Translations under genes and position numbers: made by a program | IMG/VR virus record: IMGVR_UViG_3300022555_000011 | Location: 19,381-83,380 of that record | Source of the DNA: a virus | Taxonomy: Duplodnaviria > Heunggongvirae > Uroviricota > Caudoviricetes | Reading direction: 5' to 3' (one strand) | Length of the DNA stretch: 64,000 bases | The notes under the pieces: model-generated | What the model was told of the DNA's origin: nothing | Databases searched by the model: none | Seen by the model: only the letters and a program-made list of their open reading frames with translations | Shown here: positions 9,417 to 18,122 of the stretch, one piece after another | Position numbering within the stretch: the first letter of the stretch is position 1 | Layout of the letters: every line of letters starts with the position of its first letter

Positions 9417-9688
9417 CACCAATCAACCATCTGATATTCTTTGCCGTTGAAATATACTGTATCAAAAGTGTCAAATCCAAAATCTTTCAAAAAATGATTT
9501 AATATTTCTGATTTTGTCATTTTAGTTATATCACAATCTTCTAAAAGTTCAACAACATCATTATAAGTGTAGAATGAGTGATCACCTTGTCCGTCATTTA
9601 ATCCAATAATAATTCTGTTTATTTCATCATCGGAAGAAGAATTTAACCATTCATCTGTGATTTTCTTTTTTTCTTTTTCCCAAAGCAT
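9413..9688 (-). CDS. hypothetical protein
   Basis: 91-aa acidic ORF downstream of the Nudix gene. Confidence 0.55.
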   Translation of the reverse strand: MLWEKEKKKITDEWLNSSSDDEINRIIIGLNDGQGDHSFYTYNDVVELLEDCDITKMTKSEILNHFLKDFGFDTFDTVYFNGKEYQMVDWC

Positions 9689-9699
9689 AATATTATGTA

Positions 9700-10365
9700 T
9701 TAATAGTAAATCTTTTTCAAAAATTCATTGTGGTGTGTGAAGGCTAAATCCATTTTGACTGCTCTGTTTAATAGAACCCATTTTCCATTTTTAGCATCGT
9801 CCCCAAATTTTAGTTCTGCTGAATTATTCATATGAAAAATAAATGGATAAGCAAAGAAATTTATTTCTCTTGGATCATTAGTTTTGAATACTCCAAGTGG
9901 CTCTATTCTTTTTATATCATCTAATTTTGCTAATGTTTCTTCTTGCAATTCTCTTTTAGCCGCGTGTTCTGGAGTTTCACCAGCATCAATAAAACCACCA
10001 GGAATAGCCCAACCACGACCATCTGATCTTTCAATTAGATAAACACGACCATCTCTAAATGGAATGGCATCAGCAGCAAAATTAGCAGCATAAATTATTC
10101 TATCACCATCTAATTCAAAATATTTTGTGACTGATTGTTGGTGACCACCAGAATTGACAAAATTTGCGAATTTGTCATCAATTAGTGTTATTTTACCAGC
10201 ATCTTCTTTTGGTAAAAAAAGTGTTCTACCATCTGCTGTAGTATAAAGCCAGTTTCCATTTTCATCCTTATTGATGCCAGTAATAGTGACCAATTTGGTT
10301 AGGTCAAAATTTGAGAGATTTTCTTTCATTAGAAATTTGTTATATTGTTTAAATTTTATTATCAT
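9700..10365 (-). CDS. Nudix hydrolase (ADP-ribose pyrophosphatase-like) with leader
   Basis: Nudix box GGFIDAGETPEHAAKRELQEET; starts MIIKFKQYNKFLMKEN. Confidence 0.88.
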   Translation of the reverse strand: MIIKFKQYNKFLMKENLSNFDLTKLVTITGINKDENGNWLYTTADGRTLFLPKEDAGKITLIDDKFANFVNSGGHQQSVTKYFELDGDRIIYAANFAADAIPFRDGRVYLIERSDGRGWAIPGGFIDAGETPEHAAKRELQEETLAKLDDIKRIEPLGVFKTNDPREINFFAYPFIFHMNNSAELKFGDDAKNGKWVLLNRAVKMDLAFTHHNEFLKKIYY

Positions 10366-10393
10366 ATAAAGATATAAAGATTTTTTTAAATAA

Positions 10394-10427
10394 ATAATTA
10401 TTTTCTTATATATAAGAAAATAATTAT
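10394..10427. repeat. perfect 34-bp palindrome centred on TATATA
   Basis: ataattattttcttata|tataagaaaataattat between divergent Nudix and tnpB genes. Confidence 0.85.
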
Positions 10428-10498
10428 AAAAATAGAAAAATATGACTTTATTTTATTTATATATACATTATACAATAATAAAAAAATAGTATAATAAA

Positions 10499-11689
10499 TT
10501 GAAGATAATTAAATATACATATAAATTTAGGTTAGAACCAACACAAGAACAGGAAATTCTATTAAATAAGCATTTTGGCTCTGTTAGATACGTATATAAT
10601 TATTTTTTGAATCAAAGAAAAGAAGAATACTTAAATAATAAAAAATCAATAACTTATAATCAACAATCAAGTTTTCTAACTCAATTAAAGAAAGATGAAG
10701 AGACAAATTGGCTCAGTGAAATAAATAGTCAGACGTTACAGTATTCTCTTAAATGTTTAGACCAAGCATATCAAAATTTTTTTAACAAAAGAACTCAATT
10801 CCCAAAATTTAAATCAAAGAAAAATAAAAATTCATTTACTTCTCCACAATACGTTAGAGTTAAAAATAATAAATTATTAATTAGAAAATTTAATGAAGGA
10901 ATTGAAATGATAATGGAAAGAAAAATTAAAGGAACAATTAAACATTGTGTTGTAAGCAAAACTACTACTGGAAAATATTTTGTTTCAATTTTAACAGAAC
11001 AAGAATATAAACCAATTCAAAAAACAAATAAATCAGTAGGCATAGATTTAGGAATAAAAGACTTTTTAGTGTTATCTGATGGAACGAAAATCAAGAATCA
11101 CAGATTTCTGAAACATTACGAAGGAATATTAACATTAAATCAAAAGCATCTATCAAGGAAAACAAAAGGATCAAATCGTTATGAAAAACAAAGATTAAAA
11201 GTTGCTAGAATTCATGAAAAAATAACTAATTCTAGAATGGATTTAATTCACAAAACAACTAATAAACTAATTCGTGATTTTGATATAATTTATTTGGAAG
11301 ACTTAAATATTAAAGGAATGATGAAAAATCATAAACTATCAAAAGCAATTAGTGATGTTAGTTGGGGTATATTTATTAATATAATAGAATACAAAGCAGT
11401 ATGGAACGATAAACAAGTTATTCATATTGATAGATTTTTTCCTTCATCCAAAGCCTGTTCTAAATGTGGTTGGATTAACAATAATTTAACTTTAAAAGAT
11501 AGAACTTGGGCTTGTAAGTGTGGTTCTGTTCATGATAGAGATATAAATGCTGCAATAAATATTCTTAACGAAGGATATCGTAAAAATATATCAGATGGAA
11601 CGTCTGATTATGAGCGTGGAGCAAAAATAAGACCAGTTTCGACTGGCGCAAGCAACGAAACGCTTAAAAAGAAGGAACTTGTTTCCTGA
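10499..11689 (+). CDS. tnpB: IS200/IS605-family RNA-guided endonuclease TnpB
   Basis: N-terminal YKFRLEPT HTH; RuvC motifs GIDLG, LEDL, RDINAAINI; zinc finger; no tnpA nearby. Confidence 0.92.
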   Translation: MKIIKYTYKFRLEPTQEQEILLNKHFGSVRYVYNYFLNQRKEEYLNNKKSITYNQQSSFLTQLKKDEETNWLSEINSQTLQYSLKCLDQAYQNFFNKRTQFPKFKSKKNKNSFTSPQYVRVKNNKLLIRKFNEGIEMIMERKIKGTIKHCVVSKTTTGKYFVSILTEQEYKPIQKTNKSVGIDLGIKDFLVLSDGTKIKNHRFLKHYEGILTLNQKHLSRKTKGSNRYEKQRLKVARIHEKITNSRMDLIHKTTNKLIRDFDIIYLEDLNIKGMMKNHKLSKAISDVSWGIFINIIEYKAVWNDKQVIHIDRFFPSSKACSKCGWINNNLTLKDRTWACKCGSVHDRDINAAINILNEGYRKNISDGTSDYERGAKIRPVSTGASNETLKKKELVS

Positions 11690-11735
11690 AACTATTACAG
11701 AAATGTAATAGTAGTTCATAAGTTGTTATCATTAA
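11560..11735 (+). ncRNA. putative TnpB omega/reRNA with right end near 11718 (boundaries approximate)
   Basis: Hairpin ctattac-agaaat-gtaatag then tagttca, resembling an IS605-type right end, just after the tnpB stop. Confidence 0.45.
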
Positions 11736-11746
11736 ATTATTGAATA

Positions 11747-12439
11747 TCAATTAATTAAAGCACTGGTTCCTATTCTATCAACTATACCAGAAAGTTCTTT
11801 TATCTGTGATAAACTTCGAACCCCACCAGAAAACTTTATTTTCATTTCTTCTGGTAATATTTTTCTCATAAATTTAACTTTATCTACTTTAGTTTGGAAA
11901 GAATCATCTTTTGGTAATTTTCCAGTTGATGTCATTACAAAATCCACACTAGTGTCAATACACATATTACAAATTGCTTCAATTTCTTGATAATTTAGAG
12001 CACCTATTTCAATAATTACTTTAATTGTAACACCTTCACGATGACAATATTCTGATAATTTTCCTATTTCCTCTTTTAATTTTTCGTGTTCTTCTTCTTG
12101 TTTAATTAATTTATAATTAACAACAACATCGATTTCTGATGCACCGTTGACAATCGCATTATCAATTTCATCAATTTTTCTCTTTATATCTTCATCACCT
12201 TTTGGAAATCCAATTAATGCTGAAATTTTAATTTCATTCTTTAGAAAAGAATTCGCAGTTGCTATAAATTCTGGTAAAATACAAATAGAATAAAATCCAT
12301 TTTCTTCTGCTTCTTTACACAATTCTTTAATTTTATCGTTACTTAAATTGTCTGATATTTTAGTATAATCAATCAATTTATGATATTGTGCCTTTTCTTT
12401 ATTTTCTAAATATTCAAATATTTTCTTATAAACAACCAT
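11747..12439 (-). CDS. deoC: deoxyribose-phosphate aldolase-like protein lacking the Schiff-base Lys
   Basis: IDYT, GFPKG, GASEIDVV, IKVIIE, FSGGVR, RIGTS motifs; DFVMTSTG in place of DFVKTSTG. Confidence 0.85.
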   Translation of the reverse strand: MVVYKKIFEYLENKEKAQYHKLIDYTKISDNLSNDKIKELCKEAEENGFYSICILPEFIATANSFLKNEIKISALIGFPKGDEDIKRKIDEIDNAIVNGASEIDVVVNYKLIKQEEEHEKLKEEIGKLSEYCHREGVTIKVIIEIGALNYQEIEAICNMCIDTSVDFVMTSTGKLPKDDSFQTKVDKVKFMRKILPEEMKIKFSGGVRSLSQIKELSGIVDRIGTSALIN

Positions 12440-12487
12440 TGTGAGGATCTTTATTTTTTTCTATATATAAAAAAAACTAAATAGATT

Positions 12488-13474
12488 TTGAGACAAAATA
12501 TAAATTATATTGGTTCTAAGTATTCGTTATTAAAGTTTATAGAAGAAAATATAATATTGACAGTCGGTGACTTGTCTAATAAGGTTTTTTGTGATTTATT
12601 TGCTGGCACAAATATAGTTGGTTCTAATTTTAAAGATAAAGTAAAGCAAGTCATATCAAATGATATTGAATATTATAGTTATGTAATAGCAAAAAAATAT
12701 TTAAGCAATAAAAATATTGATTGTGGTAAAGAAATAGAAATATTAAATTCATTAGATGGAATAGAAGGTGATATTTTTAATTACTATTCAGAAAATGGCT
12801 CATCTAAAAGATTATATTTCTCAGAAGAAAATGGTAAAAAAATAGATGCAATTAGACAGAAAATTGAAGAGTGTTGTGATAAAGATTGTTATTACTATTT
12901 ATTAACATTATTACTTGAAGCCGCTGATAAGGTCGCAAATACGACTTCAGTTTATGGCGCATATTTAAAACAAATAAAAAAATCTGCCAGTAAACCTATT
13001 ATTTTAAGAGATATTGAAAATGATATTATTGATGATCAGATTAATATTTGTTATAATGAAGATTCTAATGAATTAGTTAAAAAAATAAAAGGTGATATTT
13101 TATATATTGATACACCTTACAATCATAGACAATATGGTTCTAATTATCATATTTTAAATGCAATTGCAAAATATGATTTTAGTGTTGAGCCAGGTGGAGT
13201 TGTTGGATTAATGGATTATAATAAATCTGATTATAGCTATAAAAGAAAAGTGAAAACTACATTTGAAGATTTAATAAAAAATTCAGATTTTGAACATATT
13301 TTTATTTCATATAATAATGAGGGTATTTTATCTCTTGATTACTTTAAAGATATGTTAGGTAAATACGGTAGACTAATAATTTTTGAAAAAGATTATAAAA
13401 CATATAAAGCAGATAAGAAAAGAAATAATAAATCGGAATTTGTTATAGAATATCTATTCTATTTAAAAAAATAA
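12488..13474 (+). CDS. DNA adenine methyltransferase (D12 class)
   Basis: NYIGSK, DLFAGT and YIDTPYN (DPPY variant); TTG start. Confidence 0.85.
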   Translation: MRQNINYIGSKYSLLKFIEENIILTVGDLSNKVFCDLFAGTNIVGSNFKDKVKQVISNDIEYYSYVIAKKYLSNKNIDCGKEIEILNSLDGIEGDIFNYYSENGSSKRLYFSEENGKKIDAIRQKIEECCDKDCYYYLLTLLLEAADKVANTTSVYGAYLKQIKKSASKPIILRDIENDIIDDQINICYNEDSNELVKKIKGDILYIDTPYNHRQYGSNYHILNAIAKYDFSVEPGGVVGLMDYNKSDYSYKRKVKTTFEDLIKNSDFEHIFISYNNEGILSLDYFKDMLGKYGRLIIFEKDYKTYKADKKRNNKSEFVIEYLFYLKK

Positions 13475-13496
13475 AATCCTGATAAATCAGGATTTT
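13473..13496. terminator. bidirectional terminator between convergent genes
   Basis: aaaatcctga-taaa-tcaggatttt. Confidence 0.8.
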
Positions 13497-13506
13497 GTTT
13501 TATGAA

Positions 13507-13875
13507 TTATTCTGGTCTTCTTTGACTATATCCAGTGTGTGCGCCAGATGCAGCTGCACCCATTGCTTCAAGATCAGTCCACAATGGCCTATATTGTCCA
13601 GCTTTAATATAACCTCTCCAATTATTGTCTGCAGCGGCTTTTAACATAAGCATTCTTTTCTTTTCAATTCTTTCAGGTGTCCATCCAGCTTCAGATGCTT
13701 TTGCTAAATATTCTTCAATATCAGCTTCTATTTTTGCTTTTTTTGATTCTTTATCTTCTCCTGATCTATGACCTGTTGCAAAATTTCTAATGTCTCCACC
13801 AAGTTTACGAGCACCACCCCAGAATTCATTAGTTTCTTCTATTGCGTGGTCTTCAAATGTTTTTAAGTGCTTCAT
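13507..13875 (-). CDS. protein with MKHLKTFED leader
   Basis: Leader; AATATATA motif directly upstream. Confidence 0.7.
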   Translation of the reverse strand: MKHLKTFEDHAIEETNEFWGGARKLGGDIRNFATGHRSGEDKESKKAKIEADIEEYLAKASEAGWTPERIEKKRMLMLKAAADNNWRGYIKAGQYRPLWTDLEAMGAAASGAHTGYSQRRPE

Positions 13876-13955
13876 AATTATATATTTTATTTTTTTTAAT
13901 ATTGTATATATTAAATTTTTTTTTATTTTTTTATTATTCTATATATTAATATTTT

Positions 13956-14537
13956 TTATTCAATTATTTTTAATTTAGCACCTGATCGTATTAATTCTTT
14001 GATACTATCAGTGTTTAAATTTTCTTTAAATTTATCTGTTTTTTTATCTTTATCTTTTAATAACCAATTGTTTCCAGAATTTGATGTTTCATAAGTATAT
14101 GTATTTCCATTAGATGTTAATTCAATAGTTTTTGCTGTTAATTTTTTATAAAAATCTTCAACTTCACCTTTAATTGTATAAATTTCAATTGGATACCATT
14201 TATTATCTTTATAATATTGTAGAATCAAAAAATTTGGATTATCTAAAATTGACTCATTCCTATCATATAGAAAGAAGAATTTCATATCTATATTCTTTCT
14301 TAAGAAATTTTCAATATCCATAGTAGTTTCCATTTCACCTTTTTTAAGATGATCTTTAAATAATTGCTTATTGAAATTTGCATCATCATATAGAAGTTCA
14401 ATTGGCTTGTGCATATATTCATCATTTGATAAATGTATTGTGAAAAAATCACCTTTTTTATCATTGATACTTGATAATAATCCATCAACGTCTGTAGTCA
14501 TAGATTCTTTGATATATTCTAAGAAGTTTTTTATCAT
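13956..14537 (-). CDS. protein with MIKNFLEYIKES leader
   Basis: Leader; AATATATA motif directly upstream. Confidence 0.7.
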   Translation of the reverse strand: MIKNFLEYIKESMTTDVDGLLSSINDKKGDFFTIHLSNDEYMHKPIELLYDDANFNKQLFKDHLKKGEMETTMDIENFLRKNIDMKFFFLYDRNESILDNPNFLILQYYKDNKWYPIEIYTIKGEVEDFYKKLTAKTIELTSNGNTYTYETSNSGNNWLLKDKDKKTDKFKENLNTDSIKELIRSGAKLKIIE

Positions 14538-14589
14538 ATTACTTATATATTAATTTAAACAATCAAAAAATTATTTGATATATATAATA

Positions 14590-15708
14590 ATGGATAAGAA
14601 GAGTATAATAGATTTATCAAATAAGATTCATAATTTTTATTATGATTATGCCAAAGTTGAGGATTCTGGTAAAATGAATAAAATAAAAATTATATGTCCT
14701 ATTCATGGTGAATTTGAACAGAGATTGGATGTTCACCTTAAAGGATCTGGATGCATAAAATGTGGAATAAATAGTAGAAAAAATAATATATTTGAGTTAA
14801 TAAGTAAATTTAATGTAGTACACAACAATAAATATGATTATTCTTTGACTTACTATGTTAATAATAAAAGTAAAATAAAAATTATATGTCCTATTCATGG
14901 TGAATTTGAGCAATCTACATCAAAACATTTATTCGGCTCTGGTTGCAAAAAATGCTCAGTGGATAATTCTAAAAAAAATAGAACTAAATCGAAAGATCAA
15001 TTTATAAAAGAATCAAACAAAAGGCATAATAATAAATATGATTATAGTCTGGTTAATTATGAAAACAATTATAAAAAAATTAAAATTATTTGTCCTGATC
15101 ATGGTGTTTTTGAACAAATTCCAAATAATCATTTATCTGGATCAGGTTGTTTTAAATGTTTTCATATTTATATTAATAATTTTAATACTTTAGATATATT
15201 AGAAATTTTTGATAATTTTAATAATGTACATGGTGATAAATATGATTATTCTTTGGTAGATTATGTGAATGGTGATATAAAAATTAAAATTATCTGCGAG
15301 GTTCATGGTATATTCGAGCAGACCCCAAATAGTCATAAAAATGGTTCTGGCTGTCCTCATTGTGCTAATATAAAAAATAGGTTAAAATATATTGATATTT
15401 TGAAAAGTAGATTTGAATCCAATATACAAATAACTCCAAATTTTAATAAATCTGCTTGTGCCATATTTGATAATATTATGAAAGATAATAATTCATATAT
15501 TCAACACGCTATGAATGATGGTGAATTTTTTATTAAGGAATTAGGATATTGGTTGGATGGTTATGATAAAGTTAATAATATTGTATATGAATTTGACGAA
15601 AAATATCACTTTAAAAAAGGAGTATTATCACCAAAAGATATAATACGACAGATGGAAATAGAAAATTTATTAAAATGCAATTTTATCAGAATAAAAAATA
15701 ATAATTAA
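14590..15708 (+). CDS. zinc-ribbon-repeat (DUF723-like) homing endonuclease
   Basis: Four KYDYS...IICPxHGxFEQ...HxxGSGCxxC repeats; C-terminal LDGYD...EFDEKYH; ATG at 14590 follows TATATA. Confidence 0.75.
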   Translation: MDKKSIIDLSNKIHNFYYDYAKVEDSGKMNKIKIICPIHGEFEQRLDVHLKGSGCIKCGINSRKNNIFELISKFNVVHNNKYDYSLTYYVNNKSKIKIICPIHGEFEQSTSKHLFGSGCKKCSVDNSKKNRTKSKDQFIKESNKRHNNKYDYSLVNYENNYKKIKIICPDHGVFEQIPNNHLSGSGCFKCFHIYINNFNTLDILEIFDNFNNVHGDKYDYSLVDYVNGDIKIKIICEVHGIFEQTPNSHKNGSGCPHCANIKNRLKYIDILKSRFESNIQITPNFNKSACAIFDNIMKDNNSYIQHAMNDGEFFIKELGYWLDGYDKVNNIVYEFDEKYHFKKGVLSPKDIIRQMEIENLLKCNFIRIKNNN

Positions 15709-15711
15709 AAA

Positions 15712-16350
15712 ATGAAAAATCCGTTTGATTATTTTGAGGAAATTTGGGTTATTAATCTGGATTCCAGAACAGATCGTTGGCAACACGCACAAGAGGAATT
15801 TAAGAAAGCTGGAATTTTAGATAAAGTTCAAAGATTTTCTGCAATTAGGGAAGACGATGGTAGAGTTGGTGTTATAAAATCAAACCTGGCTATTGTAAAA
15901 ATGGCAAAACAAAAAAAATTAAAAAATGTCTTAGTTTTTGAAGATGATTTTGAATTTATTGTTGATGATCCTCAAAAGGTACTACAGACATCTATTGATC
16001 AAGCAAAAGGAATAAATTGGCACCTATTTTATTTAGGCGCAAATACACATGAAAAACTAATTAAATTTAAGCCAAATTTAATAGCATTAAGAAACGCATT
16101 TGCAGTTCATTCTATGGCATATAGTAGCCTTGTATATGATTCTTTTATAAATAAGTATGAAGGAATTAAATCTATAAGAACTTTTGATGATATACTTGAT
16201 GTTTATTTAGCCAAAAATATTCAAACAAAAGGTGTTTGTCTTATGGTTAATCCTATGATGACTACACAAATGAATTCTTTTTCTGATATTGAAAAAAGAA
16301 TAGTAGATTACTCTTTCATTGAAGAAAGATATAAAAACAATATAAAATAA
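15712..16350 (+). CDS. glycosyltransferase family 25
   Basis: VINLDSRTDRW and LVFEDD motifs. Confidence 0.82.
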   Translation: MKNPFDYFEEIWVINLDSRTDRWQHAQEEFKKAGILDKVQRFSAIREDDGRVGVIKSNLAIVKMAKQKKLKNVLVFEDDFEFIVDDPQKVLQTSIDQAKGINWHLFYLGANTHEKLIKFKPNLIALRNAFAVHSMAYSSLVYDSFINKYEGIKSIRTFDDILDVYLAKNIQTKGVCLMVNPMMTTQMNSFSDIEKRIVDYSFIEERYKNNIK

Positions 16351-17084
16351 TGACTGACAAAACACTAAAAACACCATTTGTAATTTCTGATCAAACATTA
16401 GATAGAAGAGAAGATATATATGCTTTTTCTGAGTTTGGTAAAATTGTAAATAGATACGTATTAAATGATCAAATATTCTCCGTCGATTTTTGGAAATATT
16501 TGAAAGACAATTATGTTATAAAGCCTGAAAACACTATAGTATATTGTGATCTTCGCTCAGATGTTAAAAATAGAATGGAAAAAAGCTACAAATATATTGT
16601 TAAAGTTGATAAGCCATTTAAAATGATATTTCAATTTTATGATGAAGAAAAAGTTGTAGATGATAAAATATACGAAACTGAAATTGAACAAAAAAATAAA
16701 ATTTCAGAGTTAATGATTCATTTTGACTTTGATGCAATTGATCATGTTGAAAAATTTGTTGAAGATGTTAAGAAAATTATGTATCAACCTGCAGTTAATA
16801 AAACATTTTTCATTATTTCTTCATCTTCAATGGGTTATGAATTAAGAGCAGCAAATATTAAAGAATTTGACGTACAATTAGATTTGAATTATGGTGAGTC
16901 ATTTGTTGAAAAATATGCTGAGATAGTTAATAAATTGAGAAATTTCAAACATGGATTATTTTTATTTCATGGAGAAACTGGTTGTGGGAAATGTGTGGAC
17001 GAATCTACTATTGTTACGTTACGAAATAAAACTACTGGCGAAATAGAAAATATAAATATTTCAGATTTTGAAAAAATAATATGA
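16350..17084 (+). CDS. AAA+ ATPase N-terminal fragment fused to short split-intein N part
   Basis: Walker A stops at GETGCGK, followed by CVDESTIVTL... (intein block A) and a stop. Confidence 0.88.
   Translation: MTDKTLKTPFVISDQTLDRREDIYAFSEFGKIVNRYVLNDQIFSVDFWKYLKDNYVIKPENTIVYCDLRSDVKNRMEKSYKYIVKVDKPFKMIFQFYDEEKVVDDKIYETEIEQKNKISELMIHFDFDAIDHVEKFVEDVKKIMYQPAVNKTFFIISSSSMGYELRAANIKEFDVQLDLNYGESFVEKYAEIVNKLRNFKHGLFLFHGETGCGKCVDESTIVTLRNKTTGEIENINISDFEKII
16992..17081 (+). mobile_element. atypical split intein IntN (30 aa)
   Basis: CVDESTIVTLRNKTTGEIENINISDFEKII. Confidence 0.85.
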
Positions 17085-17099
17085 TGTTTTGCCTGTTCC

Positions 17100-17147
17100 A
17101 CTCATAATATTTTTATATATAGAACAAAAGAATAATTAATTATGAGT
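17100..17147 (+). promoter_or_regulatory. start-codon-sequestering hairpin with TATATATAG in the loop
   Basis: actcataat (17100-17108) pairs with attATGagt (17139-17147). Confidence 0.55.
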
Positions 17148-18122
17148 TTTTATGATATTGAACATTGGATAAAAAAAGGTTTGAGTGAAAATGATGCTAA
17201 GGAAAAAATAAAAGAAATAAAAGAGAAAAATAATAGATTTCGTGTTGAATTTTGGTTAAGGAAAGGATTTACTGAGATTGAATCTAAAGAAAAAATAAGT
17301 GAGATACAAAAAAATAATGCGTCAAAGGTTAATCATAAAACAAAGCCTCAAACAACTAGAATAGATTATTGGATAAGTAAAGGTTATTCTCTTGAAGAAT
17401 CTAAAATAAAATTAAAAGAGAGACAAACTACATTTACATTAGATAAATGTATATTTAAATATGGAGAAATAGAAGGACAAAAAATATTTAGAAATAGGCA
17501 AGAAAAATGGCAAGAGACTTTAAATAAAAATAATGATAAAATTGAACTTAATAAAAAACGTGGTCTATCCAAAGAAAAGTTTATTGAAAAGCATGGTCTA
17601 GAGATGTTTAATAAGAGTGTTGAATTAAAAAAATTTGGAAGTAGTAAAGAAGGTTTGATAGAAAATTATGGTTTAGATTTTTATAATAAGAGAATAAATA
17701 AAACAAAAATTGTATTAAAAAACAGAGGATTTAATAAATATTCAAAAATATCATTAGAATTGTTTTTAGAAATAGAAAAAAATATAGATTTAGATTGTTT
17801 TTACGGTAAAAATGAAAAAATAATACAATTTTATGCTGATGAAAAATATTTTTGCTTCTATGCTGACTTTATGTGTGAAAATAAAATTATAGAATTTTAT
17901 GGTGATTATTTTCATGGTAATCCAGAGGTGTATAATAAAGATAAAATAATTGGTAGTAAATATAAACATTTTTCTGCTGAAGATGCTTGGAAAAAAGATT
18001 CTGATAGAATAAACTTAATTAAAAATCAAGGATATGATATATTAATAATATGGGAAAATGATTATAAAAAAGATAAAGAAAAAATAAAAAATAAATGTGT
18101 AGAATGGATAAAAAATTTATAA
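17142..18122 (+). CDS. free-standing Vsr/PD-(D/E)XK-like endonuclease inside the fractured AAA gene
   Basis: W-x-x-KG-x-x-E-x-E-x-KEK repeats; ADFMCENKIIEFYGDYFH...IWENDY C-terminus. Confidence 0.75.
   Translation: MSFYDIEHWIKKGLSENDAKEKIKEIKEKNNRFRVEFWLRKGFTEIESKEKISEIQKNNASKVNHKTKPQTTRIDYWISKGYSLEESKIKLKERQTTFTLDKCIFKYGEIEGQKIFRNRQEKWQETLNKNNDKIELNKKRGLSKEKFIEKHGLEMFNKSVELKKFGSSKEGLIENYGLDFYNKRINKTKIVLKNRGFNKYSKISLELFLEIEKNIDLDCFYGKNEKIIQFYADEKYFCFYADFMCENKIIEFYGDYFHGNPEVYNKDKIIGSKYKHFSAEDAWKKDSDRINLIKNQGYDILIIWENDYKKDKEKIKNKCVEWIKNL

Noticed and set aside
17085-18103. Group I/II intron explanation for the interrupted genes (also at 36042-37325 and 41009-42036)
   Set aside because: The flanks carry clear intein blocks with their own stop and start codons, and the spacers are almost wholly endonuclease ORF, with no room for a ribozyme core.
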